DNA of 64,000 nucleotides. It comes from Desulfosudaceae bacterium. Lineage in GTDB: Bacteria > Desulfobacterota > Desulfobacteria > Desulfobacterales > Desulfosudaceae. The stretch's first letter is position 1; each line of letters begins with the position of its first letter. Where the stretch lies: assembly GCA_963674745.2 (NCBI GenBank), contig CAXXDV010000001.1:2592001-2656000 (forward strand), read 5' to 3'. Below the pieces are notes generated by a model, which saw only the letters and a list, made by a program, of their open reading frames with translations, had not been told where the DNA came from and did no database searches. Shown piece after piece: positions 1 through 9,866 of this stretch. Position numbers and translations under genes: made by a program.

Positions 1-842
1 CTTGTGAGTTCCTCCACCCGGGCCGTGACATCGGTTGCTGTCTCCTGTTGCGGTGTAAGGGTGATATCTATCTGGACGGCGTTGTCCAGGTTTTTCTGGA
101 TCAGGGCCATCTGTTCGAATACCGATCCCTGGGCGTCGTATAAAGCTTCTATCGTACTGAATACCAGGGCGTAAAGGCGCTCGGCATGTTTCAGACGGAT
201 TTTTTCCTGCTCCAGTTCCGTGTCTTCGCCAATGGTTATCCGGGCCTTGTCGATTTCGTCCCTCTGGAATGACAGCAGCTCAATCTCCCGGGCGCGCTGC
301 TGCCGGGTTTGAATCAGTTTTTCCCGTTCACGCAAAAGCGGTAGCAGCTCGTGAAATGTCTGCCGGACCGTTTCCCGAAGGGGAATCAAGCCCGCGAACT
401 GATCCAGGATATATAAATGGGTGTCTTCTTTTAAGAGGTGCTGGTGCGCATGCTGGCCGGAAATGCTGGCCAGGCCGGTGGTTACGGCCGTTAAGACCTG
501 CATGGTCGCCAGACTGCCATTGATATAGACCTTGTGTCGGTTGTCGGCTGATATTTTTCGTTTGATCAGCAGCTCACCGTCGGTTTCATAGCCGAGTTCA
601 CAAAGCGCTTGGGCTGCCGGACTTTTGGGGGCAATGGTAAAAATCGCCTCGACCTCTGCGGATTTTGCACCGGCCCGGATCAGTTTCGAACTGGCCCGGC
701 TGCCCAGCAGGAGGTTGAAAGCATTGATGATGATGGATTTGCCGGCGCCGGTTTCGCCACTTAAAATGGTCAGCCCTTTGTCAAAACGGATACGCAAATC
801 ATCGATAATGGCAAAGTTTTTAATGGCAAGCTCTTGCAGCAT
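1..842 (-). CDS. recN: DNA repair protein RecN (5' part; runs off window start)
   Basis: Manual translation from CAT at 840-842: MLQELAIKNFAIIDDLRIRFDKGLTILSGETGAGKS (SMC-type Walker A); absent from ORF track because truncated. Confidence 0.93.
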   Translation of the reverse strand, partial: MLQELAIKNFAIIDDLRIRFDKGLTILSGETGAGKSIIINAFNLLLGSRASSKLIRAGAKSAEVEAIFTIAPKSPAAQALCELGYETDGELLIKRKISADNRHKVYINGSLATMQVLTAVTTGLASISGQHAHQHLLKEDTHLYILDQFAGLIPLRETVRQTFHELLPLLREREKLIQTRQQRAREIELLSFQRDEIDKARITIGEDTELEQEKIRLKHAERLYALVFSTIEALYDAQGSVFEQMALIQKNLDNAVQIDITLTPQQETATDVTARVEELT

Positions 843-884
843 GGCAATCGTCGCTTATGGTTAAAAATTCATAAAATAAACGGG

Positions 885-2162
885 TTAGAAAGGATATCCC
901 AGGCAGTCCATAATCAGGGTTTTTAATTTCTGGTGCAACACCGAATAGGAGAAATAACGCAATGCGATTTCATAATTATGATTAACCATCTGTTCACGAT
1001 AATCCGGATCATCCAGCACGCGCAGGGCCTGGTCAACGGTGTTTTGTGTGACAAAACCTTTGATCTCGATGACGGAGAACCCTTTGGGTTTGATATCGCT
1101 GGAATAAATGGAATAGTTGTTAACAGCAATGGGCTTTTTATAATATACCGCCTCCAGAAAAGCGTTGCCAAAGCCTTCGTAGTTGGATGGGTAGGTTACC
1201 AGGTCGGCATAGGGGTAAATATCATCCAGGGTATATATTTTTTTACCGGAAGGGGTCATGCCCCGTTTTTCATTAATGATTTCTGATATAAAAACCGTGT
1301 TGACATTCAGCATCCGGGAAAAATCCCGAACGCGTTCATAATAATCCATGCCTTCATCCCCGGCCGCATGTGAGATGACCAGCTTTGCTTTTCGGCCCAT
1401 GCGATTGACCAGTTCAACCGCGTGCTCAATGCCCTTTCGCTCGACCACCCGGGTCGGTTGCAGGATAAACAATTCACCTTCCGCAATGCCCAGGTCCTGA
1501 CGGACGTTTTTGGTGTATTCATCAGGCGGGTCGGGCGGGTTTTCAAAGTCCATAACGTTCGGGATAATGGTCGGGGAAATACCGGTACGCAGACTCAACT
1601 GGTGATCGGCCGAAGAATTAATGACGACATCCTTTATGGGATTAAGGTGGGGTGGAAAAGCCATGTTCAGATATTCCCAGACCGAATTGGTCAGAAATCG
1701 CTGTCTTTCCCAGAAAAAGTCATGGTGATGGGCAATGGTGGGGATACCGATTTCAGATATGAGTTCGGTAATGGCCAGGCCTAATGGCAGGTTCATGGGA
1801 ATGGCCAGAACATTTTCCGGTACTATGATGTCGATGTTGAATTTTTCGATAAAATGGTACAGCTGGTCCTTGAGTTCTTCTTTTGTCTTCTGGATGAGTT
1901 GCGTGATATACCGGCCCCGGACCCTTACGCCGAAACAGTTTTCAAATATATCGAGTACTGCGGGATGGTTGAAGTGGGCTTTTTCGGAAAGGTACGAGCA
2001 TTCTTCCGGTGTGTCCAGCTCACCGGCAAAGTAATAACAGTTAAACCCTTCTTTTTTGAAAACATCGGCCCACTTCCACGTTTCCAGGGAAACGCCGTCC
2101 GTGCCGGCCAGCCGGGTTGAAATAAAACCGACGTTTTTTTCTTCCCAGGTGGTTTCATCCAT
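885..2162 (-). CDS. Glycosyltransferase family 4 (mannosylglucosylglycerate synthase-like)
   Basis: GTDGVSLE N-terminal motif, HHHDF, RVVERKGIE, YPSNYEGFGNAFLEA GT-B signature. Confidence 0.8.
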   Translation of the reverse strand: MDETTWEEKNVGFISTRLAGTDGVSLETWKWADVFKKEGFNCYYFAGELDTPEECSYLSEKAHFNHPAVLDIFENCFGVRVRGRYITQLIQKTKEELKDQLYHFIEKFNIDIIVPENVLAIPMNLPLGLAITELISEIGIPTIAHHHDFFWERQRFLTNSVWEYLNMAFPPHLNPIKDVVINSSADHQLSLRTGISPTIIPNVMDFENPPDPPDEYTKNVRQDLGIAEGELFILQPTRVVERKGIEHAVELVNRMGRKAKLVISHAAGDEGMDYYERVRDFSRMLNVNTVFISEIINEKRGMTPSGKKIYTLDDIYPYADLVTYPSNYEGFGNAFLEAVYYKKPIAVNNYSIYSSDIKPKGFSVIEIKGFVTQNTVDQALRVLDDPDYREQMVNHNYEIALRYFSYSVLHQKLKTLIMDCLGYPF

Positions 2163-2188
2163 AATTGCGCTCCTTTATTTCATCTTTT

Positions 2189-2761
2189 TCAAGTTGCGTT
2201 CTGAACTTCATGGTACCGGAAACAATCAATGATATGGTCGTTGACCATACCCACGGCCTGCATGAACGAATAGCATATCACCGGCCCGACAAACGTAAAA
2301 CCCCTGTTCTTCAAATCCCGGCTCAGTTTTTTTGATGTTTCGGTTTGTGCCGGCATTTGTGTTTCATCCTGCCAGGTATTAATCACAGGCTGACCGTCGA
2401 CAAACCGCCACAGGTAATCGGCAAAAGAGTCGAATTCTTCCGCAACGGTTAAAAACGCCCGGGCGTTGTTGACTGCGGCATTGACCTTCAACCGGTTGCG
2501 GATGATGCCGGGGTCGGCCAGCAGCGACGTTATCTTTGTCTGGTCATACCGGGCAATTTTTTCAGGCGAAAACCGGTCAAAGGCGGTTCGATAATGACCC
2601 CTTTTTTTTAAAACCGTCAACCAGCTCAGTCCGGCCTGGGCGCTTTCCAGAACGAGAAACTCGAAGAGCGTCCGGTCATCACGGACCGGAACCCCCCATT
2701 CAGTATCATGATAGGCGATATAATCGGGGTCTGTGCCCGCCCATCGACACCTTTTTTTCAT
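2189..2761 (-). CDS. tag: DNA-3-methyladenine glycosylase I
   Basis: RCRWA..YHDTEWG, LESAQAGLSW, IIRNRLK, GMVNDHIIDC. Confidence 0.95.
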   Translation of the reverse strand: MKKRCRWAGTDPDYIAYHDTEWGVPVRDDRTLFEFLVLESAQAGLSWLTVLKKRGHYRTAFDRFSPEKIARYDQTKITSLLADPGIIRNRLKVNAAVNNARAFLTVAEEFDSFADYLWRFVDGQPVINTWQDETQMPAQTETSKKLSRDLKNRGFTFVGPVICYSFMQAVGMVNDHIIDCFRYHEVQNAT

Positions 2762-2932
2762 TTACAAACCCTTTACCGGTGGTTATATCAAGGAATGTCC
2801 GGCTCTGGTGATGGCGTTTTTTGCTCGGGAAAGAGCGTCCTGCAACATATAAACTCTGAAATTTTCACACAAAAAAAGGCAAAAGGCAAGGCCGGAAAAA
2901 ATTGAATGGCGGACGGCAGGCCCTCTTTTTAA

Positions 2933-3991
2933 ATGAAACAGCATATGGTAAATTCAGACTGGCACGACTTGATAAAAGGCGGCATCAACCATATCCGGGA
3001 TTTTTCCGCCCTGGCGCACCGGGATGTAAAATCCCTGGCAGCCGTTCAATCTGTTTACCCCATGTTCGTCAATGCCTATTATGCCCGTCTGATCTCCAGC
3101 CCGGACGATGCCATTGCCCGGCAGGTGCTTCCCGACGCAAGCGAACTCGATGACCGGGGTCTGGTGGATGATCCGCTGGCCGAAACCCGGCAAAGCCCTG
3201 TCCCCGGCATTATTCATCGCTATCCCGATCGTGTTGTTTTTCTTGTTTCCGGACGCTGTCCGGTATTATGTCGATTCTGCATGCGGAAACGAATGGCGGG
3301 CCGATCAGCCGGTCTGAATGCCGCAGAAACGGCCGGAGCAATGCACTATATCCGGAATAATAAAAATATTCGAGAGGTTATCCTGTCCGGCGGTGATCCG
3401 TTGATGCTCGAGGATGATCGGCTGGACGACATCCTGGCAACGATCCGCACAATTTCTCATATCCAGGTCATCCGGATACACTCCAGGGCTCCCTGCGCCC
3501 TGCCGCAACGGATTACGCCGGAGTTGATCGGGATTTTTAAAAAGTATCACCCGTTATATATGAATATTCATTTTAATCATCCCGATGAGATTACCGGGGA
3601 GGTCACTGAGGCCTGCCGTTGTCTGGCGGATGCGGGAATACCTCTGGGCAGTCAGACGGTGCTCTTAAAAGGCGTTAATGACGCGGCCGATGTCATCGAA
3701 AACCTGATGAGACGCCTGCTGCGCGTTCGGGTCAAACCCTATTACCTGCATCATCCCGATCTGGTCAGAGGCACCGCCCATTTCCGGGTTCCGGTAAGCC
3801 GGGGGTTGGCCATCATGCAAACGCTGCAGGGACGTCTTTCCGGCATCGCCATTCCGAAATACATGATTGACCTGCCGGGCGGCGGCGGCAAGGTGCCCTT
3901 GTCGCCGGAATTTATCCAGAAGGCGGCGGACGGAATGCTAATGGTGAAGAATTTTCAGGGGGAGGTATTTTCTTATCCCATGGATGCCTGA
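2933..3991 (+). CDS. KamA-family radical SAM protein (lysine 2,3-aminomutase-like)
   Basis: HRYPDR, CPVLCRFCMRK, SGGDPL, HFNHP, QTVLLKGVND, DLPGGGGK. Confidence 0.9.
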   Translation: MKQHMVNSDWHDLIKGGINHIRDFSALAHRDVKSLAAVQSVYPMFVNAYYARLISSPDDAIARQVLPDASELDDRGLVDDPLAETRQSPVPGIIHRYPDRVVFLVSGRCPVLCRFCMRKRMAGRSAGLNAAETAGAMHYIRNNKNIREVILSGGDPLMLEDDRLDDILATIRTISHIQVIRIHSRAPCALPQRITPELIGIFKKYHPLYMNIHFNHPDEITGEVTEACRCLADAGIPLGSQTVLLKGVNDAADVIENLMRRLLRVRVKPYYLHHPDLVRGTAHFRVPVSRGLAIMQTLQGRLSGIAIPKYMIDLPGGGGKVPLSPEFIQKAADGMLMVKNFQGEVFSYPMDA

Positions 3992-4017
3992 CCGGTTGTC
4001 GTCAAGAGATTCGGCGG

Positions 4018-4488
4018 TTATTGGAAATCGGCTTCATCCACCGGGTGCAACGGTTTTTTAATGCGGATGATTTTCGGTTTGTAGGCATCTTTTTTGCCCA
4101 TCCGGTTGCCGACAAAAACAACAAACAGAATCGCCAGAATAAACGCCCCGAAACCCACCAGTGCGGGTAGGGTTGATTCGTTTATACCATCGAAAAGGGG
4201 CGTCAGCTTGACGCCGATGGCGGCGCCGATCATCAGGCAGATAATCGGCAGCATGTAAATCAGAAAAGTACCTTTCATCAGGGAGGCGGTACTGAATTCA
4301 ATCACCACCTGGTCGCCTTCTTTGGCGCCGAGTGTGTTGATGGCTTCAACTGCCATCTCGTTGCCCCCGCCGCCCATGGTATGGCAGGCATGCCTGGATT
4401 GACAGCCTTCGCAGCTGGCAGAGCGGGTTGTCTGGATCCAGGCGGTATTATCTTCGGTTCTTATTACGTGGCCTTGTTCGGTAGGCAT
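4018..4488 (-). CDS. RseC/MucC family membrane protein
   Basis: SASCEGCQSRHAC motif, two C-terminal TM helices; adjacent to rnfB-like gene. Confidence 0.8.
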   Translation of the reverse strand: MPTEQGHVIRTEDNTAWIQTTRSASCEGCQSRHACHTMGGGGNEMAVEAINTLGAKEGDQVVIEFSTASLMKGTFLIYMLPIICLMIGAAIGVKLTPLFDGINESTLPALVGFGAFILAILFVVFVGNRMGKKDAYKPKIIRIKKPLHPVDEADFQ

Positions 4489-4538
4489 AATTCTCTTCCT
4501 GGCTGTAACATCTTTATATGGACGCTTTTACGAACCCA

Positions 4539-6575
4539 TTATCTATGTTCGTAGCAGATCAACCCGCACTGGAGGCAACGGGCGGCTTCATCACGGGCCA
4601 CCCGCTCTGAGAAACCGACCTCAAGCTCTTTACCCCGGGCAACTTCGTCCGCACTGCGCTGGTCCATGATATTGCGCGGATACGGGCTGACATTGTCCAG
4701 GGATGTGACGTTTTGAATGACGGAATGCCGGGTTATGACAGTGTCCGGCAGAGACAGGGGATCGCCGTACATGATCATGTGCATGGAGACGGCGCCCCGC
4801 CGTCCGGCGTCAATGGCCTTTATGGCGGCGTCCATGTCGGATATGGGGTCGTTACCGGAAAACAGGCCGGTTTCCTCGGCATACAGCGGTTTCTTGTAGG
4901 GCGGTATAGCGACCCAGGCCACCGGTTCGGTTATCGGGGCATCCCCAACCGCATCACCGTCATTCTTTTCTTCATCGCGTTTTTTGGCAAACACCAGCTC
5001 CGGAAACCTTCCGGTTGCAAAGAAAATCGTGTCGGCCGGGAGCAGATGCGCTTTGTTCGAGGATTTCTCACTGTATTCAACCTGATCTGTTTTGCGGCCG
5101 TTACCGTAAATACGGTCAAGGGAAGCGTTGAAAATGAGGGTGACTTCGGACTTCTTCAGAAGCGACGTATCCAGGTCGGCTTCTTCCGAATTTTTTTCCT
5201 GAAGCAGGAGGGTGATTTGTTCCGCACCGGCTTTCAGGCAGAGATCAACGGCAGTGCCGGCCAGGCTTCCGCCGCCGGCAATAACGACCTGTTTGCCGCA
5301 GGTAATGTCATTTTCTTTCAAGAGATCGATCAGCAGATACATGCCTTCTACCGGTGATTTGGCCGGAGCCGGATTGTCCGCTGCCAGACGGCTGTCCCAC
5401 CCGCCGGTGGCCAGGAAAACGGCTTCATAATTGTCCGCCAGAAGTGAATCAACGGTAAAATTCCGGCCCGACACCTGGCTGGTTTCCATTTTAATACCCA
5501 TGTCCTTAAGGCCGCCGATGTCGTAATCCAGAATGTCCATGGGCAGGCGTTCACGGGCAATGGCCTTTCTCAACAGGCCGCCGAATTGCCCGGACGCTTC
5601 CAGCACCACCGGAGCGTGCCCCAGCCGGGCCATGAAGAAAGCGGCCGACAGCCCTTCAATACCGCCGCCGATGACCGCTACCTTGCGGTTGGTGGACGGC
5701 GCCATGAAGGGAAGTACGCGTTCATTTTCTTTTTCGTAATCGGCCACAAACCGTTTCAACCCATTGATCGCCACGGCTTCATCAACCAGGTTGCGTCGAC
5801 AATCAAATTCACAGAAGCGGGGGCAGATCCTGCCGATGACGGTGGGGAAGGGGTTTCGTTCTTTGATGACGGCCACGGCCCGGTTGTAATCCCCGAGGGT
5901 GATCTGCCGGATGTATTCCCGGATATTGATACCGGCCGGACAGGCTCTCTGGCAGGGCGTGGTACAGTCGTCGACCGTATATTCTCTGAGTATGCGACGG
6001 GTAACCGAAGAAAGCTTGATGATATGCTTGGGGCAGACCCGCTCGCAGGTACCGCATCCCGTGCACTTTTCCGGGTCGACTTCAGGCAGGCCGCGGTCGT
6101 TTATTCTCAATGCGTTGAAAGGGCAGGCCCGCACACAGGTACCCAGTCCCATACAACCGATTTCACAGGTTTTCATACCGCCGGAAAGCAGCGCGGCTGC
6201 CCGGCAGTCGGGAATACCCTGGTAAAGGTACTTCTGGTCCGCTTCGGCGACACTGTAGGTGCATCCCGGCGCGGCGATGTCGGGTTCCTTGGCCTCAACA
6301 CTCATGCCCATCAGGGCGGCGATGGTTTCCGCCAGCTCGGCGCTGCCGGCCACGCATGAGGTCGGGGGAGATTGTCCGGCAACGATGGCTTCGGCGTTCG
6401 CCCCGCATCCGGGGTAACCGCAGCCGCCGCAGTTGGCACCGGGCAGCGCATCGGTTATGGCTTCCACTTTGGGGTCAACATAAACATAAAAGACTCTTGA
6501 GGCGATGGCCAGGCATACCCCGATAATGCACCCCAGACCGCCCATCATCATTACAGCTTCAATCGCTTCAGTCAT
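4539..6575 (-). CDS. RnfB-like Fe-S subunit fused to GltD-like FAD/NAD(P) oxidoreductase
   Basis: TM + LPGANCGGCGYPGC; CEIGCMGLGTCVRACP; CTGCGTCERVCP; PCQRACP..GRICPRFCEFDC; VAVIGGG; EAARCLQC. Confidence 0.85.
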   Translation of the reverse strand: MTEAIEAVMMMGGLGCIIGVCLAIASRVFYVYVDPKVEAITDALPGANCGGCGYPGCGANAEAIVAGQSPPTSCVAGSAELAETIAALMGMSVEAKEPDIAAPGCTYSVAEADQKYLYQGIPDCRAAALLSGGMKTCEIGCMGLGTCVRACPFNALRINDRGLPEVDPEKCTGCGTCERVCPKHIIKLSSVTRRILREYTVDDCTTPCQRACPAGINIREYIRQITLGDYNRAVAVIKERNPFPTVIGRICPRFCEFDCRRNLVDEAVAINGLKRFVADYEKENERVLPFMAPSTNRKVAVIGGGIEGLSAAFFMARLGHAPVVLEASGQFGGLLRKAIARERLPMDILDYDIGGLKDMGIKMETSQVSGRNFTVDSLLADNYEAVFLATGGWDSRLAADNPAPAKSPVEGMYLLIDLLKENDITCGKQVVIAGGGSLAGTAVDLCLKAGAEQITLLLQEKNSEEADLDTSLLKKSEVTLIFNASLDRIYGNGRKTDQVEYSEKSSNKAHLLPADTIFFATGRFPELVFAKKRDEEKNDGDAVGDAPITEPVAWVAIPPYKKPLYAEETGLFSGNDPISDMDAAIKAIDAGRRGAVSMHMIMYGDPLSLPDTVITRHSVIQNVTSLDNVSPYPRNIMDQRSADEVARGKELEVGFSERVARDEAARCLQCGLICYEHR

Positions 6576-7342
6576 TGGTTGTTCCTGCTTAATCGATTAA
6601 TAATCATTTCACCGACCGGTGTTATCTCCGGCATGGCCGTTGTCAGCGGCTCTCCTTCCAGGCTGCTCAGGAAAAGCGCCTCGCTGGAAGGGATGGCCGT
6701 CAGGATTTTTTCTTTATCAACATGGGCTTCCATTACCGCCCGGCTGCGGTCATCCGTCTTATTTAAAATGAAGAAAAACGCCGCCCGGGTGTTGTCGGTC
6801 ATTTTTTGTATTTTTTCCGCCAGCAGAAAGGATTCAAAAGCCGGATCCACGACATCCAGGATGATATCACATGCGGCATCGACGTCCCGGCCGAAATGTT
6901 CCACGCCGGCTTCGGTATCAATGAGAACAATGTCCTTGTCCTGCAAAACCAGCTTGGACAGGACCATCTTGGACAGAACACCGATGGAACAGGCGCAGCC
7001 TTCGCCGGCATGGTGGATTTTCCCCACGGCAATCAATCTGATGTTGCCGGTGGTGGCCACGCATTCAGCCGGTAAATCGGAAAGCGGTATTTTTTCCCCG
7101 AAAAGCGTGCCCTCGGGGGGCGGGAATTTCTGGTTGATTTTTTGCTTAAAGGCTTTCTTGCCGCCCAGGTGGTCCAGCAGAATGACAGGAGAAGCAACCC
7201 CCAGAAGACGATGTAACCCCATGTTGGATTCGTCGGCGTCCACAACCAGGACGTTAAAACCCCGGCTTGAAAGGTATTGGGCCAGTAACGCGGTAATCGA
7301 GCTTTTTCCGCTGCCGCCTTTTCCGCAGATAGCTATTTTCAT
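6572..7342 (-). CDS. CooC/AcsF-family P-loop ATPase (nickel insertion)
   Basis: MKIAICGKGGSGKS, DADE, GEGCAC, DTEAGVEHFGR. Confidence 0.85.
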   Translation of the reverse strand: MKIAICGKGGSGKSSITALLAQYLSSRGFNVLVVDADESNMGLHRLLGVASPVILLDHLGGKKAFKQKINQKFPPPEGTLFGEKIPLSDLPAECVATTGNIRLIAVGKIHHAGEGCACSIGVLSKMVLSKLVLQDKDIVLIDTEAGVEHFGRDVDAACDIILDVVDPAFESFLLAEKIQKMTDNTRAAFFFILNKTDDRSRAVMEAHVDKEKILTAIPSSEALFLSSLEGEPLTTAMPEITPVGEMIINRLSRNNQ

Positions 7343-7535
7343 AATTTATTTTCTCCAAATTCTGATTTTTACATAGCAATCAGAACGGATGACCCGTATA
7401 AAAAATGTTCAAAAATAGTTAATTAAACCAGGCCGGTGATATTTGTCAAGGACAATCCCCCCGGGTGAATATCGTATTTGGGGTGCCCCTTAGCCGGGTA
7501 TTTAACTGGATGGAGGGACGTACTTCTGGGTTCAG

Positions 7536-7567
7536 GTGCTTAAGAGCTTAAGTGGTTAAGGTCTTAG
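7536..7567 (+). repeat. Degenerate 8-bp tandem repeat (GTGSTTAA-like x4)
   Basis: gtgcttaa gagcttaa gtggttaa ggtcttag. Confidence 0.6.
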
Positions 7568-7621
7568 GTCTGGGGGGGGTAAGATTCAAGGCGACGGGGT
7601 TGTCGGTCGCCTGCGAATGTT

Positions 7622-7679
7622 GTAGGGGCACCCCCCTGTGGCCGCCCTGTGAAGGGCGCCCACAGGGGGGTGCCCCTAC
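7622..7679. repeat. GTAG-type REP-like palindrome
   Basis: Perfect 20-bp arms GTAGGGGCACCCCCCTGTGG (7622-7641) / CCACAGGGGGGTGCCCCTAC (7660-7679) with inner GCCC/GGGC stem. Confidence 0.8.
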
Positions 7680-7706
7680 GTGTATTCACGTCCCGGGTCT
7701 TCTGTA

Positions 7707-7746
7707 TAATCACATAACCACATAACCACATAATCACATAATCACT
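7707..7746 (+). repeat. 8-bp tandem repeat (TAAYCACA x5)
   Basis: taatcaca taaccaca taaccaca taatcaca taatcact. Confidence 0.85.
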
Positions 7747-7839
7747 TCCGTAATTTCTTGACCAATAATTATCTGTCCATGTTAAGATGCCGGCATAATA
7801 TATAACAGGCTTTCAGCATCGTTTAATTCGGAGGGTAAC

Positions 7840-8670
7840 TTGTTGAATTATTGGGTTGTCAGATCATTGACGGTTTCGGGACTGATCGTTTTTTGTTTAT
7901 TCGGTATGTTTTCTGGTGCGGCCTTGTCCGGACAGGATAAAAACGGCCTTGACCGGACGGTGGAAGATATCTCCGCCATGATCGAAAAGGCGGATCGGTA
8001 TTTTGCGAATATCCACCAGGACAAATCCGGTCTTGAAACGTCCGTTCAGCTTTACCAACAGGTCCTTGAACAGCAGCCGGACCATCTGGAAGCCCTGTGG
8101 AAACTATCGGAAGTATTGTTTATTTCCGCTATGGAGGCCGGTGACGAAAATGCCGCGAAAGCGTTTTACGAGCAGAGCCTGGCGCATGCCGAAAAGGCGC
8201 TGGTTTCTGACCCGTTGTGCGTTGCGGCTCTTTTTTACAGCGGCTGCGCCCATGTCAGCCTGGCCGATATGGCCGGTGTGATAAGTGCGCTGTCTTTGTT
8301 GAAAAAAGGCAAAAAGGAACTGGCCCGGGCCATGGAATTCGCGCCCGCGGATCGTTTCGGCATAGTGGCCGCTGTTGTTCTTTCTCAGGTGAATTCCGAC
8401 GCCCCCTGGCCCATGAGGGATCTGGGAGAAGCTGAAAAGCTGGCCAAACAGGCCGTCGCCTGGGATGCCGACCTTACCATGGCCGGTACGCAACTGGCTG
8501 CTGTTTACTTTCAGCAGAAAAAATATGACGCTGCCCGAAATGAGGCCAGGCGCTGCCTGGATATCGCCCGGCCGACCTATATGTCGGACGCCGTACTCTG
8601 GGACTGGCCCGCTTCCAGGCAGATTCTGGCAAAAATTAAGGGTGCCCTTAAAGAGAAAACAGGTGAATAG
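7840..8670 (+). CDS. Exported TPR-like helical repeat protein
   Basis: GGAGGG RBS, signal peptide, TPR-like segments (LYQQVLEQQPDHLEALWKL). Confidence 0.7.
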   Translation: MLNYWVVRSLTVSGLIVFCLFGMFSGAALSGQDKNGLDRTVEDISAMIEKADRYFANIHQDKSGLETSVQLYQQVLEQQPDHLEALWKLSEVLFISAMEAGDENAAKAFYEQSLAHAEKALVSDPLCVAALFYSGCAHVSLADMAGVISALSLLKKGKKELARAMEFAPADRFGIVAAVVLSQVNSDAPWPMRDLGEAEKLAKQAVAWDADLTMAGTQLAAVYFQQKKYDAARNEARRCLDIARPTYMSDAVLWDWPASRQILAKIKGALKEKTGE

Positions 8671-8674
8671 AACA

Positions 8675-9388
8675 ATGACCATTAATCGGAGCCGGTTAAA
8701 TCAAAGCGTCGGCGAAGTGCAACAGCTTCTGTCCGAAGTTGCCCGCAGCCTGCGTTTTTATGCTGATGCCGGGTACACGGGAGGAGATTGCCGGAAGGAG
8801 AACCTGGACAGTATCCGATCATGGTGCCATCCGAATTGTCTGCGTCTGCAGGCGGTGCCGTCGGAGCAATCCTTTTGTGAAGGATGCCCGCTGCAGGCAA
8901 GCGGGGCACATGCCGTTAATGGGGCTGGTCCCCCAAAAGCCAGGCTGATATTTGTCCTGGGATACCCGTCTATCCCGGCTGAGAGGGAAAAATCACCCTA
9001 CGCGGGGGCCTCCGGGCAACTGTTAACCCGGATGATCTCCGCCATGAATTTGATGCCCGATGATATTTATGTAAGCCATATCGTCAGATGCCGTCCGCCG
9101 GACGGCAGAGCGCCTTCTGATCTGGAAACGCGGCGTTGTATCAATTTTCTGGTGCAGGATATTGGCGCTATCGCGCCAAAGGTGATCTGTACCTTCGGCG
9201 AACTCGCCACCCGGTCACTTCTGAGCGGCAATGCGTCCCTGGAACGGATGCGCGGTCGATTCCAAGAAAGAGACGGCATCCGGATCATGCCGACCTGGCA
9301 TCCGGATGATATGCTTGAAGATCCGGGTAAAAAGCGGCCCGTCTGGGAAGATATGCAGAAGGTGATGCACTTTCTTGACATAACCTGA
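8675..9388 (+). CDS. Uracil-DNA glycosylase family 4-like protein, catalytic motifs degenerate
   Basis: CEGCPL, GQLLTRM, IVRCRPP, MPTWHP, VWEDMQKV; start reassigned to ATG 8675. Confidence 0.8.
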   Translation: MTINRSRLNQSVGEVQQLLSEVARSLRFYADAGYTGGDCRKENLDSIRSWCHPNCLRLQAVPSEQSFCEGCPLQASGAHAVNGAGPPKARLIFVLGYPSIPAEREKSPYAGASGQLLTRMISAMNLMPDDIYVSHIVRCRPPDGRAPSDLETRRCINFLVQDIGAIAPKVICTFGELATRSLLSGNASLERMRGRFQERDGIRIMPTWHPDDMLEDPGKKRPVWEDMQKVMHFLDIT

Positions 9389-9505
9389 TTTTTTTGATCA
9401 TATTGTCAAGTTATGCCGATATGGCAACTTTGTTTTTATATAATATAATAAATCCGCGGCAAGGCAAAAGCCGGGGAAAAGAATCGTCAAGGAGGTTGGG
9501 TCGTA

Positions 9506-9823
9506 ATGGCAAAGGAAAAAAAAGAAAAACCGCTGGAAAAGATGACGGCGACAGAACTGCGGGCTGTGGCCAAGGAAATTGAAGGCATAACCGGCGCGCA
9601 CGGTATGAACAAATCGGAACTGCTGGATGCCATCCGTCAGGCCAAAGGTATTGAAGTCCAGGGCAAGCAGAAAGATGTATCCTATGTCCGTGACTTGAAA
9701 GCCAAAATTAAAGGATTAAAGCAACAGCGGCAGGAAGCTTTGGACGCTGAAGACAGCGCCAAAGCGGACCGACTGCGTCTTCGCATCAGCCGGCTCAAGA
9801 AAAAAACCCGCCGGGCCGCGTAA
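9506..9823 (+). CDS. Small basic protein with Rho N-terminal-like domain
   Basis: AGGAGG RBS; LEKMTATELRAVAKEIEGITGAHGMNKSELLDAI. Confidence 0.7.
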   Translation: MAKEKKEKPLEKMTATELRAVAKEIEGITGAHGMNKSELLDAIRQAKGIEVQGKQKDVSYVRDLKAKIKGLKQQRQEALDAEDSAKADRLRLRISRLKKKTRRAA

Positions 9824-9866
9824 TGGCCGCATTCTGATGCATTCAGGCTGTTGACGCGGGGAAGGC

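Noticed and set aside
2933..3991. Specific assignment as kamA/ablA or epmB
   Set aside because: No partner genes (ablB, efp, epmA, kamDE) are adjacent, so the substrate cannot be assigned.
7707..7746. CRISPR array
   Set aside because: Contiguous 8-bp units with no spacers and no cas genes.
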